64,000 nucleotides of DNA from Methanoregula sp. (GTDB lineage: Archaea; Halobacteriota; Methanomicrobia; Methanomicrobiales; Methanospirillaceae), in NCBI GenBank assembly GCA_041645435.1, contig JBAZQB010000002.1, positions 413,556 through 477,555 of the forward strand, given 5' to 3'. Below are positions 63,159 to 64,000 of the stretch, one piece after another. The notes under the pieces are model-generated. The model had not been told where the DNA came from. It saw only the letters and a list, made by a program, of their open reading frames with translations, and searched no databases. The position numbers and the translations under genes are program-made. The stretch's first letter is position 1. Every line of letters starts with the position of its first letter.

Positions 63159-63824
63159 ATGTGCGACGATATTTTCGAACAGAAAAATATGCACCTCGAC
63201 CAGATTCTCGCAGACCGCCGCTCCTACCGGATGTTCAGGCCTGAGTATCCCGAAGAGGACGCGATACGCCGTATCATCCATGCCGGGCTGCTTGCCCCGT
63301 ATGCTGCGGCAGCCGTAGGAGGATCGAAGGATTATTTCCGGCGTTTCTTTGTCATGAAGAAGGGAGCGCAGAGCCTGAACGCGGCAATCCCCCTGGTTAT
63401 GAATCAGGTAAATGTCATGTCGGACCAACTGGAGAAGGATATGGAAACGAACCCGGTGCTCCGCCAGAGGGCAGTCACTTTTGTCCAGCGTCTTGGCATG
63501 ATACGGAAGATGGAACGGGTCCCCGGTGTGGGCAATGCCCCGTATTACATCGTGGTTGCCGAGCGCAAAGGGTTTCCACCGGTGGAACAACAGTCGCTTG
63601 CGCACTGCCTGGAGAATATGTGGCTGAAAGCAACAGCCCTTGAACTGGGATTCCAGCTGGTTTCCATTACGTCACAGATGTCGGAAAATTCAGAGTTCTG
63701 TAAAATACTGGGAATTCCTGTGGGTGAATGGGAACTGATGGGTTGTGCTGTCGGATACCCGGCAGATGAGCTCTCCCCCTCGATCCGTCCCCCCGTTGAA
63801 GATGTAACCCGGTGGCTGGAATAA
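63159..63824 (+). CDS. Nitroreductase family protein
   Basis: LADRRSYRMF...LLAPYAAA...ENMWLKATALELG are nitroreductase fold motifs. Confidence 0.8.
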   Translation: MCDDIFEQKNMHLDQILADRRSYRMFRPEYPEEDAIRRIIHAGLLAPYAAAAVGGSKDYFRRFFVMKKGAQSLNAAIPLVMNQVNVMSDQLEKDMETNPVLRQRAVTFVQRLGMIRKMERVPGVGNAPYYIVVAERKGFPPVEQQSLAHCLENMWLKATALELGFQLVSITSQMSENSEFCKILGIPVGEWELMGCAVGYPADELSPSIRPPVEDVTRWLE

Positions 63825-63862
63825 TCCATTGGCCTTTAAAAAAAATTCTTGTTTTTTTGTCC

Positions 63863-63931
63863 GATGAGTGGGGCTCATCGTCATTTGGTGGGGGTATAGG
63901 GGCATCAGCCCCCATCAACAAATTATTGATG
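63863..63931 (+). repeat. Dispersed GC-rich hairpin element, copy 3 (module 2 only)
   Basis: CTCATCGTCATTTGGTGGGGGTATAGGGGCATCAGCCCCCATC aligns with 54013-54053. It is flanked by hairpins GATGAG-TGGGG-CTCATC and CATCAA-CAAATTA-TTGATG. Confidence 0.5.
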
Positions 63932-64000
63932 CATTCTGACAACCCGCTCATTTATTGATAACTTCCCTGAAAGAAGCGATAGGACTTATTTTAACCATTG

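Overview
This window looks archaeal and methanogen-like, probably Methanomicrobiales. That is an inference from a fused fae-hps gene, an intron-containing tRNA-Trp whose intron is a C/D-box guide RNA, and many Methanomicrobia-style histidine kinases (ITRHD.LNQL H-box). It is about 50-55% GC by eye and densely coding. Layout, left to right:

- **1-5261:** a translationally coupled operon for a group-4-hydrogenase/complex-I-like membrane module. Its catalytic subunits have lost all four NiFe cysteines and at least three of the four proximal-FeS cysteines (Ehr-type).
- **5349-6128:** an alpha/beta hydrolase.
- **6129-7598:** a 1.45-kb gene-free gap packed with repeats. It holds 3x TTGGTTCA, three tandem 19-bp palindromes, about 2.7 copies of a 210-bp G-run/C-run tandem repeat, and one copy of a dispersed GC-hairpin element.
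- **About 7360-9360:** an AT-rich foreign island with an orphan polytopic membrane protein and two Cas1-like gene fragments. No CRISPR array or other cas genes are present.
- **9353-12598:** housekeeping genes (Mut7-C, AmmeMemoRadiSam radical SAM, pyrH, tRNA-Pro, nth).
- **12.8-17.1 kb:** a two-component pair bracketed by about 200-bp direct repeats.
- **17320-20885:** two tandem DUF47-Pit phosphate transporter pairs.
- **21009-30466:** a long minus-strand chemosensory operon (2xCheW, MCP, CheA-REC, REC-HK, HK, GNAT), followed by tRNA-Ala.
- **31-45 kb:** NAD and MTA/5'-dA salvage genes, a ComEC-type MBL/lamin-tail lipoprotein, a Kv channel and an acyl-CoA synthetase. Next come tRNA-Trp with a degenerate duplicate of its 3' part flanking a phzF-like gene, then fae-hps.
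- **45-64 kb:** more sensors (PAS HK, Cache-HAMP-SpoIIE phosphatase), an aguB-aguA fusion, satP, methyltransferases, pirin and nitroreductase.

I found no clearly novel multi-gene system. The most unusual items are the ligand-less Ehr module, the repeat-rich gap with the Cas1-remnant island, and the che-like operon wired to histidine kinases.

All functional calls rest on motif and family recognition by eye. No database searches were run, and start codons are best guesses.
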